From the NCBI GenBank assembly GCA_038745065.1, contig JBCDLT010000013.1, positions 22,790 through 86,789 on the forward strand: a stretch of DNA of 64,000 bases, read 5' to 3'. Position numbers and translations under genes: made by a program. The notes under the pieces are model-generated. The model searched no databases. It was not told where the DNA came from and worked only from the letters and a program-made list of their open reading frames with translations. This DNA is from Pseudomonadota bacterium (GTDB lineage: Bacteria > Pseudomonadota > Alphaproteobacteria > Rhizobiales > JANQQB01). Positions 8,359 to 18,049 of the stretch are shown piece by piece. Numbering within the stretch: the stretch's first letter is position 1; every line of letters begins with the position of its first letter.

Positions 8359-9231
8359 ATGCCCGACCTAGCGATCATCGTTCCGTCTTTTCTGAACGGC
8401 CTGACGACCGGTGCGCTCTATGCGCTGATCGCGCTCGGGCTGACCCTGATTTACGGCGTCCTGCACATCATCAACTTCGCCCATGGCAGCCTGTTGATGC
8501 TGGCGCTTTATGGCGTCTATTACCTGCGCGTTTCGCTCGGCATCGATCCCTATATCGCGCTGGTCATCTTACCGCCGGCCATGTTTGCGCTGGGTTATGT
8601 CCTCCAGCGTTTCGTCATCGGCCGGGCCAGTCACGGCCGCGACGAGAACATCCTGCTGGTCACGCTCGGCCTGTCGATCGTCATCGAGAACCTGGCGCTG
8701 TATTTCTTCAAGTCCGACACCCGGATCATCGAGACGCCCTATTCCTTCGACACGGTCGAAATATTCGGCGCCTTCCTGCCCTATCCGAAAGTCGTCGCCT
8801 TTGTCGGCGCCTTCGTCACCGCCGCCGCGCTCTGGTACGTGATCGCGCGCACCGATCTCGGCCGCGCCATCCGGGCGCTTGCCAAGGAACGCAAGGGCGC
8901 CCGCCTCGTGGGCATCGATGTCGACCACATCTTCGCCATGAGTTTCGGCATCGGCATTGCCTGCCTCGGCGTCGCTGCCTGTCTGCTCCTGCCGAGCTAT
9001 TATGTCAGCCCCCAGGTGGGGCACGGCTTTGTTCTGATCGCCTTCACCATCGTTGTGCTCGGCGGCATGGGCTCCTTCGTCGGCGCACTGATCGGCGGCC
9101 TGATCATCGGGGTCGTGGAAGCGCTCGGCGGCCTGTTCCTCGGCGAAAGCCTCGGGCAGATCGGCATATTTGCGATCTTTATCCTGATCCTGCTGTTCCG
9201 CCCGACGGGCCTGCTCGGACACAGTGCGTGA
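8359..9231 (+). CDS. branched-chain-amino-acid-type ABC permease (LivH-like)
   Basis: 290 aa polytopic. Family-typical LIYGVLHIINFAHGS and VVLGGMGSFVGALIGG. Confidence 0.9.
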   Translation: MPDLAIIVPSFLNGLTTGALYALIALGLTLIYGVLHIINFAHGSLLMLALYGVYYLRVSLGIDPYIALVILPPAMFALGYVLQRFVIGRASHGRDENILLVTLGLSIVIENLALYFFKSDTRIIETPYSFDTVEIFGAFLPYPKVVAFVGAFVTAAALWYVIARTDLGRAIRALAKERKGARLVGIDVDHIFAMSFGIGIACLGVAACLLLPSYYVSPQVGHGFVLIAFTIVVLGGMGSFVGALIGGLIIGVVEALGGLFLGESLGQIGIFAIFILILLFRPTGLLGHSA

Positions 9232-9241
9232 GGCGATCGGC

Positions 9242-10207
9242 ATGAAACAGCTTGTTTTTCTCCTCGTCCTGTTTGCCGCGATCGCCATCGCGCCTTTTGT
9301 GATTGAATCGGATTTCTGGCTGAACGCCGTCATCATGACGCTCTATGCGGCCCTGCTCGGCCAGTCCTGGAACATTCTCGGCGGTTATGGCGGCCAGTTC
9401 TCCTTCGGTCACGCCGCGTTTTTCGGAACCGGCGCCTATACGATTGCCGTCCTGCAGGTGAATTTCGGGATCAATCCGTGGATCGGTCTGGTGTTCGGTG
9501 GCGCTTTGGGTGCGCTGGTCGCGACGATCATCGGCGCGCTGGTCTTCCGCTACGGCCTGCGCGGCTCTTATTTTGCACTCGTCACGCTGGCCTTTGCCGA
9601 AGTGCTGCGCATCCTCTCCAACACGGTCGACTTCACAGGCGCCGGTGTCGGCATCCTCATCCCGCTCGACCGCACGATCGCCAACCTGCAATTCGAGACC
9701 AAGGCGGGCTTCTTCTGGCTGATATGGGCCTTGGCGCTCGCCGTCTTTCTGGTCGTCTGGTGGCTTGGTCATTCCCGCTTCGGCGCCCGGTTGATGGCGG
9801 TGCGCGACAACGAGGAAGCCGCCCGGGCGCTCGGGGTCGACGCATTCCGCGTCAAACTCGGCGCCATGGCCCTGTCCGGCCTCTTCACCGGCCTTGCCGG
9901 CTGTTTCTACGCCCAATACTTCCTCTATCTCGATCCCGGCATTGCCTATGGACCGGCCGTCTCGGTGGAATCCCTGCTGGTGCCGATCATCGGCGGCATG
10001 GGCACCCTGTTCGGACCGCTGCTGGGCGCCATCGCCCTGACCGGTGTCGCCGAACTGAGCCGCGAATTCTTCGGCGATGCCCAGGGTATTTCGCTTGTGC
10101 TCTACGGCCTGCTCCTGGTCCTGATGGTGCTGTTCATGCCGCGCGGCCTTGCCGGTCTCGGCCGCCTTTCCGCCCGTCGGCTTCTCGCCCGGGGAGCCCC
10201 GTCCTGA
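9242..10207 (+). CDS. branched-chain-amino-acid-type ABC permease (LivM-like)
   Basis: ATG at codon 7 of ORF 9224..10207, preceded by GAGG. GQFSFGHAAFFGTGAY motif. Confidence 0.85.
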   Translation: MKQLVFLLVLFAAIAIAPFVIESDFWLNAVIMTLYAALLGQSWNILGGYGGQFSFGHAAFFGTGAYTIAVLQVNFGINPWIGLVFGGALGALVATIIGALVFRYGLRGSYFALVTLAFAEVLRILSNTVDFTGAGVGILIPLDRTIANLQFETKAGFFWLIWALALAVFLVVWWLGHSRFGARLMAVRDNEEAARALGVDAFRVKLGAMALSGLFTGLAGCFYAQYFLYLDPGIAYGPAVSVESLLVPIIGGMGTLFGPLLGAIALTGVAELSREFFGDAQGISLVLYGLLLVLMVLFMPRGLAGLGRLSARRLLARGAPS

Positions 10208-10968
10208 TGCTCGATGTTTCCGGACTTTCCAAGGCATTCGGCGGTTTGCGGGCGGTCGACGATGTCAGCCTCACGGTCGATGAGGGCAGTCTGGTCTCGC
10301 TCATCGGGCCGAACGGCGCCGGCAAGACAACCCTGTTCGCCCTGTTGACCGGATTTCACAAACCGGATGCCGGCGCGGTGTCCTTTCTTGGAAAAGACAT
10401 CACCGGGCATACGCCGGAGCGCATCGCGGCGGCCGGCATGGTGCGCACGTTCCAGATCGTGCAGCCTTTTGCCGGGCAGACGGTTCTGGAGAACATCGCC
10501 GTCGGCGCGCATCTGCATCTGCCTTTGCGCAGCGACGCGCTCGACCGCGCCCGCGAGGTCTCCGAACAGGTCGGTCTCGACAAACGGCTCGACCAGGACG
10601 CCGCCTCGCTCACGGTCGCCGGCCGCAAGCGGCTTGAAGTCGCCAAGGCACTGGCCACGGTCCCGAAACTGCTCCTGCTCGACGAAGTCATGGCCGGCCT
10701 GAACCCGAGCGAAATCCGCGACGTCTTGCCGATGATCCGCAGGATCCGCGATGCCGGCGTGACCATCCTGTTGATCGAGCACGTCATGCAAGCCGTGATG
10801 ACCTTGTCGGAAAAGAGCTGGGTGCTGAACCAGGGGCGGCTCATTGCCGAAGGCAGTCCGGACGAGATTTCGCAGGATCCGGCCGTGATCGAAGCCTATC
10901 TCGGACCGGGCATGGCCGCCCGGCTTGCGGCAAGGAACGCGTCTGCAGCCGGAGGCCCCGATGCTTGA
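10207..10968 (+). CDS. ABC transporter ATP-binding protein (LivG-like)
   Basis: Internal ATG of ORF 9478..10968 (TGATG overlap with the permease stop). Walker A GPNGAGKTT; Walker B LLLLDEVMAGL. Confidence 0.9.
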   Translation: MLDVSGLSKAFGGLRAVDDVSLTVDEGSLVSLIGPNGAGKTTLFALLTGFHKPDAGAVSFLGKDITGHTPERIAAAGMVRTFQIVQPFAGQTVLENIAVGAHLHLPLRSDALDRAREVSEQVGLDKRLDQDAASLTVAGRKRLEVAKALATVPKLLLLDEVMAGLNPSEIRDVLPMIRRIRDAGVTILLIEHVMQAVMTLSEKSWVLNQGRLIAEGSPDEISQDPAVIEAYLGPGMAARLAARNASAAGGPDA

Positions 10969-11662
10969 CGTGTCCGGACTGAAGGCCGGCTATGGCGAAA
11001 CCGAGATCCTGCGCGGCGTCGACCTGGCGCTTAAGGCCGGTGACATCGTCGCGCTGCTCGGATCGAACGGTGTCGGCAAGACCACGTTCAACGCGGTCCT
11101 GTCCGGCCTCCTCAGCCCGAGTGCCGGACGCGTGACATTTCAGGGCCAGGACGTGACCGGCCTCTCCGCCGTCGCACTCGTCGATCGCGGTCTGATCCAG
11201 GTGCCCGAAGGCCGGCACGTCTTTCCCAACCTGTCGGTCCGGGAGAACCTGCTGCTTGGCGGTTACCGGCGCGCCCGCGCCAACCGCGCCGCCAACCTGG
11301 AACGCGTAACGACGGTGTTTCCACGGCTTCAGGAACGCATGACCCAGAAGGCCGGCACCCTGTCCGGCGGCGAACAGCAGATGCTGGCAATCGGCCGGGC
11401 GCTGATGGCCGAACCCGATCTCCTGATCCTCGACGAACCCTCGCTTGGCCTCTCGCCGCTTCTGGTGGAGGAAATGTTCGGCCTGATCCGGCAAATGAAC
11501 GAGGAGGGCCTGACCATCCTCCTGGTGGAACAGAACGTGCTGCAATCGCTGGAAATCGCGAACCGGGCATTTGTTATGGAAAACGGCGCGATCAGCCTGT
11601 CCGGCAAGGCATCCGACCTTCTGGACGATCCCGACCTGCAACGCGCCTATCTGGGGATCTGA
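10961..11662 (+). CDS. ABC transporter ATP-binding protein (LivF-like)
   Basis: Codon 13 of ORF 10925..11662, 8-nt overlap with the upstream stop. GSNGVGKTT; LSGGEQQMLAIGRAL; LLILDEPSLGL. Confidence 0.9.
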   Translation: MLDVSGLKAGYGETEILRGVDLALKAGDIVALLGSNGVGKTTFNAVLSGLLSPSAGRVTFQGQDVTGLSAVALVDRGLIQVPEGRHVFPNLSVRENLLLGGYRRARANRAANLERVTTVFPRLQERMTQKAGTLSGGEQQMLAIGRALMAEPDLLILDEPSLGLSPLLVEEMFGLIRQMNEEGLTILLVEQNVLQSLEIANRAFVMENGAISLSGKASDLLDDPDLQRAYLGI

Positions 11663-11665
11663 GCC

Positions 11666-12940
11666 ATGCCGATGACGCTAGCCCAGAAGATCATCGCCCG
11701 CGCGGCCGGCCGGGAGGCGGTCGCGTCTGGCGAAGTCGTGACGGCGGCGGTCGATCTCGCGATGATCCATGATTCCGGCGGACCGCGCCGGGTCGAACCG
11801 ATCCTGAAACGCCTCGGCGCCGGACTTTTCGACAAGGACCGCGTCGTCCTGATTTCCGACCACTTCGTGCCCGGCAACACGCCGCAATCGCAAGAGATCC
11901 TCGACGGTGCCCGGCACTGGGCAAAACAGCGCGACGTGACGTTTTACGACAGTCTCGGCATCTGCCATGTCGTCCTGCCCGAACGCGGTCACCTGAAACC
12001 GGGACTGTTCGTTGTCGGCGGCGACAGCCATTCGCCGACCGGCGGCGCGTTCGGCGCCTATATGTTCGGTATCGGCGCCACCGAGATGGCGGGCGTGCTG
12101 GCGACCGGCGAGATCTGGATCCGCGTTCCGGAAACGATCTTCATCGAATGGACCGGACGGCTCGGCCCGGGACTGACGGCGAAAGACATCATGCTCGCGC
12201 TCTGTGGCCGGCTCGGCATGGACGGGGGCCGCTATCAGGCCGTGCAATATGGCGGCGACGCGATCGCGCATCTTGACATGCAGGAGCGCATGACGCTTGC
12301 CAACATGGCTGCCGAGCTGGGCGGCCAGACCGGGCTGATCGCCCCGGATGCGGTCACATTCGACTATCTGTGCGCGGCAGGCGCCGACCCGGACCCGCCC
12401 GAACTCTGGCAGGGCGATGCCGATGCGGTGTTGGACGAACACCATGTCTTTGACGCCGATGCGCTCGCGCCGCAGATCGCCGCACCGCATTCGCCGGCCA
12501 ACAGTGCCGATGCGGAACTCTATCCCGATACGCCCGTGGACGTGGCCTATATCGGCGCCTGCACCGGCGCCAAATACGGCGATCTGAAACGTGCCGCTGA
12601 ACTCCTGCGCGGCAAGAGTTGCGCCTCCGGCGTAACGCTGCTGGTGGCCCCCGCTTCCCGTCGCGATCAGGACCGCGCCACTGCAGAAGGCATTATGGCG
12701 GTGTTTGAGGACGCCGGCGCACGCATTCTGCCCAATGCCTGCGGCATCTGCGCCGGATATGGAACCGCGCGCCTCGGCGAGGACGTCACGTGCATATCCT
12801 CGACCGCCCGCAATTTCCGCGGCCGCATGGGCGCCGCGTCATCGAAGGTCTATCTCGGCTCGCCCTATTCTGTCGCCGCCGCCGCCGTCACCGGCCATCT
12901 CTGCGATCCTCGCAACCTGCTTGCTGCGAGGGCACTCTGA
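11666..12940 (+). CDS. aconitase-family dehydratase large subunit (LeuC/homoaconitase-like, short archaeal-type)
   Basis: 424 aa. MTLAQKII start; GDSHS; IGACTGAKYGD; NACGICAG (Fe-S ligand cysteines). 3-nt gap after LivF. Confidence 0.85.
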   Translation: MPMTLAQKIIARAAGREAVASGEVVTAAVDLAMIHDSGGPRRVEPILKRLGAGLFDKDRVVLISDHFVPGNTPQSQEILDGARHWAKQRDVTFYDSLGICHVVLPERGHLKPGLFVVGGDSHSPTGGAFGAYMFGIGATEMAGVLATGEIWIRVPETIFIEWTGRLGPGLTAKDIMLALCGRLGMDGGRYQAVQYGGDAIAHLDMQERMTLANMAAELGGQTGLIAPDAVTFDYLCAAGADPDPPELWQGDADAVLDEHHVFDADALAPQIAAPHSPANSADAELYPDTPVDVAYIGACTGAKYGDLKRAAELLRGKSCASGVTLLVAPASRRDQDRATAEGIMAVFEDAGARILPNACGICAGYGTARLGEDVTCISSTARNFRGRMGAASSKVYLGSPYSVAAAAVTGHLCDPRNLLAARAL

Positions 12941-13434
12941 TGGGGCGGGTCTTCCGGTTCGGCGACGACATAGACACCGATGTGCTGGCCCCCGGCCAAT
13001 ACATGGCGGCGCCGCTCGACGTTCTGGCAAGCCATTGCCTGGAAGCGGTAGATCCGGAGTTTGCCGGTGCCGTCCAGCCGGGCGACCTGATCCTGGCCGG
13101 GCGCAATTTCGGCATGGGCTCGTCCCGCGAACAGGCGGCCCAGGCCTTGAAACAACTCGGCATTGCCGGCATCGTTGCGCACTCCTTCGGCGGCATCTTC
13201 TATCGTAACGCCATCAATCTCGGTCTGCCGGTCTTTGCCCTGGAAACGCCGATTGCCGGCGAAGCGGGCGATAGCATGACCCTCGATGTCGAAGCCGCAA
13301 CCCTCACCCATGATGGCACCGGCGCAATCACGCGCCTGGAGCCGCTGCCCGATTTCCTCATCACGCTGATCCGCGACGGCGGACTGGTTCCCCATCTCGA
13401 AAAACGCTTTGCGGCAAGGAAACATTCCCAATGA
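12940..13434 (+). CDS. aconitase-family dehydratase small subunit (LeuD-like)
   Basis: Internal ATG of ORF 12790..13434 overlapping the LeuC-like stop (ATGA). GDDIDTDVLAPGQYM; GRNFGMGSSREQA. Confidence 0.85.
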   Translation: MGRVFRFGDDIDTDVLAPGQYMAAPLDVLASHCLEAVDPEFAGAVQPGDLILAGRNFGMGSSREQAAQALKQLGIAGIVAHSFGGIFYRNAINLGLPVFALETPIAGEAGDSMTLDVEAATLTHDGTGAITRLEPLPDFLITLIRDGGLVPHLEKRFAARKHSQ

Positions 13435-14297
13435 TGTCGTTGCAGGCGCGGTTGCGCGCCCCGTCCATCCTGCTCGTGCCGGGCATCTTCGACGGTCTCA
13501 CCGGACTGATCGCCGAACAGGCCGGCGCGGAGGCCGTCTATCTGTCCGGCGCGAGCCTCGCCTATACAAGGTTCGGCCGGCCGGATATTGGCCTGGTGGC
13601 CATGAGCGAGGTCGCCGAGACGATTTCGGCGATCCGCGACCGCATTGCCCTGCCGCTGATCGTCGACGCCGACACCGGCTTCGGCAACGCCCTCAACGTC
13701 CAGCGCACGGTGCGGGTCTTCGAGCGGGCCGGCGCCAACGCCCTTCAATTAGAAGACCAGACCCTGCCGAAACGCTGCGGCCATCTTGACGGCAAAACCC
13801 TCGTTCCGGTCGGCGAAATGACCGGCAAACTGCGCGCCGCGGTCGATGCAAGACAGAGCGAGGAAACGCTCATCATTGCCCGGACCGACGCCATCGCGAC
13901 CGACGGCCTGTCGGCGGCGCTCGACCGGGCCGCCGCCTATCGCGACGCCGGCGCCGACATCCTGTTCGTCGAAGCCCCGCGCAGTCGCGAGGAAATGCAA
14001 CAGATCGTGGCCACGCTCGGTCCGGACTGCCCGGCCATGGCCAACATCGTCGAAGGCGGCAAGACGCCGGCGCTGTCGGCATCCGAGCTGCAGGACATCG
14101 GCTACCGGCTGGTGATCTTTCCCGGCGGTGCGGTGCGCGCGCTCGCTGCGTGTGCCCGCACTTATTATGCAAGCCTCTTGGAGACCGGCAGCAATGCCGC
14201 GATGCGCGACTCCATGCTCGACTTTGCCGGCCTCAACGACGTGCTCGGAACGCCGGACCTCCTGCGCCTCGGTAAATCCTATGACGGGGATCATTGA
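13431..14297 (+). CDS. isocitrate lyase / PEP mutase family enzyme (methylisocitrate-lyase / dimethylmalate-lyase / carboxy-PEP-mutase-like)
   Basis: IVDADTGFGNALN and LQLEDQTLPKRCGHLDGK family signatures. ATGA overlap with the LeuD-like stop. Confidence 0.85.
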   Translation: MMSLQARLRAPSILLVPGIFDGLTGLIAEQAGAEAVYLSGASLAYTRFGRPDIGLVAMSEVAETISAIRDRIALPLIVDADTGFGNALNVQRTVRVFERAGANALQLEDQTLPKRCGHLDGKTLVPVGEMTGKLRAAVDARQSEETLIIARTDAIATDGLSAALDRAAAYRDAGADILFVEAPRSREEMQQIVATLGPDCPAMANIVEGGKTPALSASELQDIGYRLVIFPGGAVRALAACARTYYASLLETGSNAAMRDSMLDFAGLNDVLGTPDLLRLGKSYDGDH

Positions 14298-14300
14298 AAA

Positions 14301-15986
14301 ATGCCGATGGATCCCGTCACGCTTGCCGTGCTGAAGGGCCGGTTGGAACAGATTGCCGACGAGATGGACGCGACCCTGTTTCGCTCCGCCTTCAATCCCA
14401 TCATCGCCGAGGCGCACGACGCCTCGCACGGCCTTTACGATGCACAAACCGGCGACACGCTCGTCCAGGGCAAATCGGGCCTGCCGATCTTTGTCGGCGT
14501 CATGGCGTTTGCGGTCCGCGCCGTGATTGCCAAGGCCAAAAAGCAGGGCGGGCCGCGCGACGGCGATGTCTGGATCTTCAACGACCCCTATGATGGCGGC
14601 ACGCACCTGTCCGACTTCCGGCTGGTCAAGCCGCTGTTCCGGGATGGCAGGGTGTTCTGCTATCTCGCCTCGGTCGGCCACTGGCACGATGTCGGCGGCA
14701 ATGTACCTGGGAACTACAATCCGGTGGCAACCGAATGTTTCCAGGAAGGCATGCTGATCCCGCCGGTCAAACTCTACGAAAACGGCGAATTGCGCCAGGA
14801 CGTGATCGACATCCTGTCGGCGAATTCCAGACTGCCCGGCTCGCTCTACGGCGACCTGAACGGCCAGATCAACGCGCTCGATCTCGGCACAAGGCGCATG
14901 CACGACCTGCTCGACGAATATGGCGATGCGACGCTTGCCGAGGCACTGACGGAATTGCGGGTCCGGGCGGCCCGTCTGATGCGCAGCGAAATCGCCGCCC
15001 TGCCCGACGGCACCGTGTCGGCGGAGGATTACCTCGACAATGACGGCATCGACGACACGCCGCTGAAGATCGCGCTCGACCTCACCATCGACGGCGACCG
15101 CATGACGATGGACTTCTCACGCTCCTCGCCCGCCTGCGCCGGACCGGTCAACATCTCCCGCTCGACCACGATCGCCGCCTGTTACGTCGCGCTGAAACAT
15201 GTCTTCGGCGATGTGCCGGCCAATGCCGGCGTGCTTGAGCCGGTCTCCTTCGTGGTCGCCGACGACACGCTATTGGCCGTGACGGCGCCGAAGCCGGTAG
15301 GCGGGTACACCGAGACGATCCTGCGCCTGATCGATGTGGTGTTCCAGGCTGTTGCAGAGATCGCGCCGGACCGCTCGAACGGCTGCGCCTATGGCACGAT
15401 CAACGCGCTGTCCCTGTCCGGTCACCGCGCGGACGGTCGACGCTGGGTGATGTTTTCGTTCTTCGGCGGCGGGCATGGCGGCCATCCCCTCGGCGACGGC
15501 CTCAACCATGGCAACGCGCCGATTTCGACGGCGACCATCCCGCCGCTCGAAATCCTGGAAGCCGCCTATCCGGTCAAGTTCACGCAATGGGCGCTGCGCC
15601 CGGATTCCGGCGGCCCCGGCCGGCATCGGGGCGGTCTCGGCGCCGTCTACGAAATCGAATTGCTGGAAGAATCGGCCGAGGTGTTCCTGTTCGGCGAACG
15701 CGGCCGCACCGCACCCGCCGGCATTGCCGGCGGTGAAGCCGGCGCCCTGAACCGCTTCGTTTTCGATGAAGACGGCAGAGAGGCAACACCGCCGCTCGCC
15801 TCCAAGATGGTCGGCCTTAAATTACGGCGCGGCGAAACCGTTCGGCTCGAAACACCGGGCGGCGGCGGATATGGCCCGCCGGGAGAGCGCGACCATGACG
15901 CCATCAGTCGCGATTTGGACCTCGGTTTCGTCAGCCCCGAACGCGCCCGGGCCGACTATGATTTTGACGGGGAGACAGGTCAGTGA
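14301..15986 (+). CDS. hydantoinase B / oxoprolinase family protein (HyuB)
   Basis: 561 aa. N-terminus DPVTLAVLKGRLEQIADEMDATLFRSAFNPIIAEAHDASHGLYD is typical of HyuB. Confidence 0.9.
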   Translation: MPMDPVTLAVLKGRLEQIADEMDATLFRSAFNPIIAEAHDASHGLYDAQTGDTLVQGKSGLPIFVGVMAFAVRAVIAKAKKQGGPRDGDVWIFNDPYDGGTHLSDFRLVKPLFRDGRVFCYLASVGHWHDVGGNVPGNYNPVATECFQEGMLIPPVKLYENGELRQDVIDILSANSRLPGSLYGDLNGQINALDLGTRRMHDLLDEYGDATLAEALTELRVRAARLMRSEIAALPDGTVSAEDYLDNDGIDDTPLKIALDLTIDGDRMTMDFSRSSPACAGPVNISRSTTIAACYVALKHVFGDVPANAGVLEPVSFVVADDTLLAVTAPKPVGGYTETILRLIDVVFQAVAEIAPDRSNGCAYGTINALSLSGHRADGRRWVMFSFFGGGHGGHPLGDGLNHGNAPISTATIPPLEILEAAYPVKFTQWALRPDSGGPGRHRGGLGAVYEIELLEESAEVFLFGERGRTAPAGIAGGEAGALNRFVFDEDGREATPPLASKMVGLKLRRGETVRLETPGGGGYGPPGERDHDAISRDLDLGFVSPERARADYDFDGETGQ

Positions 15987-18049
15987 CGGCCCCGCGTTTT
16001 GTGGTCGGTGTCGATGTCGGCGGCACGTTCACCGACATCTTCGTCTGGGACGAAGCTGCCGGCACGGTATCCACCGCGAAGGTCCCCTCGACCCTCGACG
16101 ATCAATCCCGCGGCTTCGTCGACGGCATTGCGCAAAGGATCGATGACTTTTCGCAAATCGCGACCGTTGTGCACGGTACGACCGTCGGCACGAACGCCCT
16201 TCTGGAACGCAAGGGCGCACCGACCGGCATCATCACGACCGAGGGTTTTCGCGACGTCCTGGAAATGCGCCGCCGGGATCGGCCGACGACCTGGGGCTTG
16301 TGGGGCCAGTTCGAACCCGTCGTGCCGCGCGATCGCCGGCTCGAAGTCGCTGAACGGGTGCATGCCGACGGAACGGTCAGCCATCCGGTCGATCCGGACG
16401 CAGTAACCGATCGGGCCCGCAACCTGATCGAGGCCGGGTGTAAATCGGTCTGCGTGTTCTTCATCAACGGCTACGCCAATGCCCAGAATGAACGCCATGC
16501 CGTTGCGGCCGTCCGCTCAATATGGCCGAACGCCTATGTCACGGCCGCCACTGAGATCGTGCCGGAAATCCGCGAATTCGAGCGGGTCTCCACGGCCACG
16601 CTGAACGCCTACCTGCAGCCGGTCGTCTCGAAATATCTGGATCGGCTGGAAACGGCGCTCGAAAAGCGACGGTCCGAAGCCGACGTGCTGATCGTGCAGT
16701 CGAATGGCGGCGTCATGGCTGTGGACACGGCCAAGGCGTTTCCCGTGCGCACAGCCTTGTCCGGACCGGCCGCCGGCGTCATCGCTGCGCGCGCAATCGC
16801 CGGCGCGGCCGGCTTCGACAACATCATCACTTGCGATATGGGCGGCACATCGTTCGACGTATCGCTGGTGGCCGGCGGCGCGGCGGCACTTGCTGCCCAG
16901 ACGGCCATCGATTTTGGCATGGTCGTGCGCACGCCGATGATCGAGATCACGACGATCGGCGCCGGCGGGGGTTCGATCGCCTCGGTCGATGCCGGAGGCA
17001 TTCTGCAGGTCGGCCCGGAATCGGCCGGCTCCGATCCGGGCCCGGTCTGCTACGGGCTCGGCAACGAGCGGCCGACGGTCACCGACGCCAACCTCGTGCT
17101 CGGGCGCATCAACGCCGAGCGGCCGATCGGCGGCCGGCTCGACCGGCTCGATGTTGCCGCGGCCCGCACAGCCATCGCCACCCATGTCGGCGATCCGCTC
17201 GGCCTCGATCCGCTGGCGGCAGCAGAAGCCATTCTACGGGTTGCGAACGCAAAAATGGCCGGTGCCATCCGGCTCGTTTCCATCGAGCGCGGCCATGACC
17301 CGACGCGCTTTGCCGCCATGCCGTTCGGCGGCGGCGGCGCCTTGCATACCGGCGCCCTGATGCACGATGTCGGATTGGACTCGGCGATCGTGCCGCGTTT
17401 TCCAGGCGTGACATCCGCGCTCGGCTGCGTCGTTGCCGACATGCGGCACGACCGGGTGCGCACCGTGAACCGTTTGCTGAGCGACGTTAATCCGACGGAG
17501 ATGCAGGCGGATCTCGAGGCGACCGTTGCCGATCTTGCAGCGCTTCTCGACCGGGCCGGCGTCACCTTCAGCGCGGTGGATCGGCAGATCGAACTCGACA
17601 TGCTCTATGTCGGACAGACTCATACGGTCTCTGTTCCGCTGGTCGTCGGCTCGCAGAAACTGGACAAAGCGCAAATCCAGGACGCCTTCGACAAGGCCTA
17701 TAAGGCGGCATTCGGTCGGCTCCTGGAGAACATCCCGGTACGCATCATGAACACCCGCGTCACCGTGATCGGCCGGCGCCCGGCCTTCGACATGACCGTG
17801 TTTGCGCCGGACGGCGGCAAACCGCTTGATGCCTGTTTGAACGAGACCCGCACCGTCCGGATCGACGGCGCCGACCGCGCAGTTCCGGTCTACGACCGCC
17901 TGGCCATCGCCGTCGATGCGGTCATTACCGGCCCGGCCATCCTGGAACAGCCGGACACCACGATTTTCATCGATCCCGGCCTTGCCGGCCGGGTCGACCG
18001 CTTCGGCAATGTCGTCATCCGACGCACGGAGGCCCCATCCGATGGCTGA
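15983..18049 (+). CDS. hydantoinase A / oxoprolinase family protein (HyuA)
   Basis: 688 aa. VGVDVGGTFTDIF ATPase motif. GTG start overlapping the HyuB stop (GTGA). Confidence 0.9.
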   Translation: MTAPRFVVGVDVGGTFTDIFVWDEAAGTVSTAKVPSTLDDQSRGFVDGIAQRIDDFSQIATVVHGTTVGTNALLERKGAPTGIITTEGFRDVLEMRRRDRPTTWGLWGQFEPVVPRDRRLEVAERVHADGTVSHPVDPDAVTDRARNLIEAGCKSVCVFFINGYANAQNERHAVAAVRSIWPNAYVTAATEIVPEIREFERVSTATLNAYLQPVVSKYLDRLETALEKRRSEADVLIVQSNGGVMAVDTAKAFPVRTALSGPAAGVIAARAIAGAAGFDNIITCDMGGTSFDVSLVAGGAAALAAQTAIDFGMVVRTPMIEITTIGAGGGSIASVDAGGILQVGPESAGSDPGPVCYGLGNERPTVTDANLVLGRINAERPIGGRLDRLDVAAARTAIATHVGDPLGLDPLAAAEAILRVANAKMAGAIRLVSIERGHDPTRFAAMPFGGGGALHTGALMHDVGLDSAIVPRFPGVTSALGCVVADMRHDRVRTVNRLLSDVNPTEMQADLEATVADLAALLDRAGVTFSAVDRQIELDMLYVGQTHTVSVPLVVGSQKLDKAQIQDAFDKAYKAAFGRLLENIPVRIMNTRVTVIGRRPAFDMTVFAPDGGKPLDACLNETRTVRIDGADRAVPVYDRLAIAVDAVITGPAILEQPDTTIFIDPGLAGRVDRFGNVVIRRTEAPSDG

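Noticed and set aside
9478-10206. 5' extension of the 496-aa ORF 9478..10968.
   Set aside because: It is an out-of-frame read through the LivM-like permease gene. The ABC ATPase domain begins at the ATG at 10207.
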